A stretch of DNA of 64,000 nt, taken from the NCBI GenBank assembly GCA_051362555.1, contig CM120640.1, positions 68,612,788 through 68,676,787 on the forward strand. Reading direction: 5' to 3'. The DNA comes from Lingula anatina (Eukaryota > Animalia > Brachiopoda). The notes beneath the pieces were generated by a model. It saw only the letters and a list, made by a program, of their open reading frames with translations, was not told the origin of the DNA and ran no database searches. How positions within the stretch are numbered: the stretch's first letter is position 1; each line of letters begins with the position of its first letter. The position numbers and the translations under genes were made by a program. Positions 63,331-64,000 of this stretch are shown here, one piece after another.

Positions 63331-64000
63331 GATATATACATTCACTAAATTCTACATAACATGGTCCATAGGTTCTGGATCTCAAGCACCAAATCCAAAC
63401 TACTTTATAATCTTTTTAATGCAAACTTGCCAGAAAATCATGGTTACTCTCAAGGTGAACATAAAAACATATCCATGAGACATTATCAATCATTGTGGCT
63501 ACATGTTCTGGTTGGAAAGTATACTCAACTACAGTATAGAACTAAAAAGGTAGTTGAGTATATCACCTATGTAAAGAAAAAAAAGAAGCATATAGCATGG
63601 CATGATAGTGGTACAAAACAGGTCAAATGTTTCGTAAGGTGCTATAAAAACTTGTAAAAACATTTCCCAAAAAGAAAAACAGCTGAAGGACTGGTTGCCC
63701 CATCCCAGGCAGGGTAAGCATTGTGTTCAGTTAGCTTGGTAGTTCATTTTTGTTTGCAAGACAGCTTTAGTGAAGTTCTACTAGTATTTGATTATTGGGG
63801 TCTGGGCAGCAGAGCTGCAACTGCTTGGGTCTTTTGATATAAAATCAGCCACGGGTGAAGTAAAAACAATGTTTAACTTGGCTTCTCCTGGCTGGAATTT
63901 GACACACAGCTAGCAAAAACAAACAAACAACAATGAAAAGCTAGTGTGCCGAAGACTTCCAGCCAGATTAAACAACAGGGTCCAGACATATATACGGCCA

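Noticed and set aside
63781-63909. Minus-strand acceptor plus 42-codon open frame as a further TPR-gene exon
   Set aside because: Runs into a stop with no convincing phase-1 donor, and no homology recognised.
1-64000. CRISPR arrays, tRNA/rRNA genes, autonomous transposase or reverse transcriptase ORFs
   Set aside because: No repeat-spacer periodicity, cloverleaf/rRNA signature or DDE/RT motif seen, and the DNA is eukaryotic.

Overview
AT-rich, largely CpG-depleted eukaryotic (invertebrate animal) genomic DNA, probably lophotrochozoan/mollusc-like; the taxon is inferred from gene content and repeat style only. Four intron-containing protein genes can be rebuilt by hand with GT-AG sites and consistent phases. 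(1) MEX3 (+, 2 exons, 16815-18513, 501 aa, KH-KH-RING). (2) MBD2/3 (-, 6 exons, 40435-37359, 248 aa). (3) TERB2, the meiotic telomere-bouquet protein (+, 9 small exons, 42849-45669, 216 aa), nearly invisible in the ORF track and head-to-head with MBD2/3 across a CpG-rich promoter. (4) A large uncharacterised TPR protein (-, 4.9-kb last exon 48386-53311 plus an exon at 57292-57392, 5' end not found). Its acidic tail carries two families of five repeated Trp motifs and is the best novelty candidate. Between the shared promoter and the TERB2 CDS lie a frameshifted C2H2 zinc-finger remnant (possibly with a chromodomain) and two MITEs. The rest is non-coding, with MITEs, local duplications and microsatellites. 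All homology calls are from recalled family sequences, not database searches.
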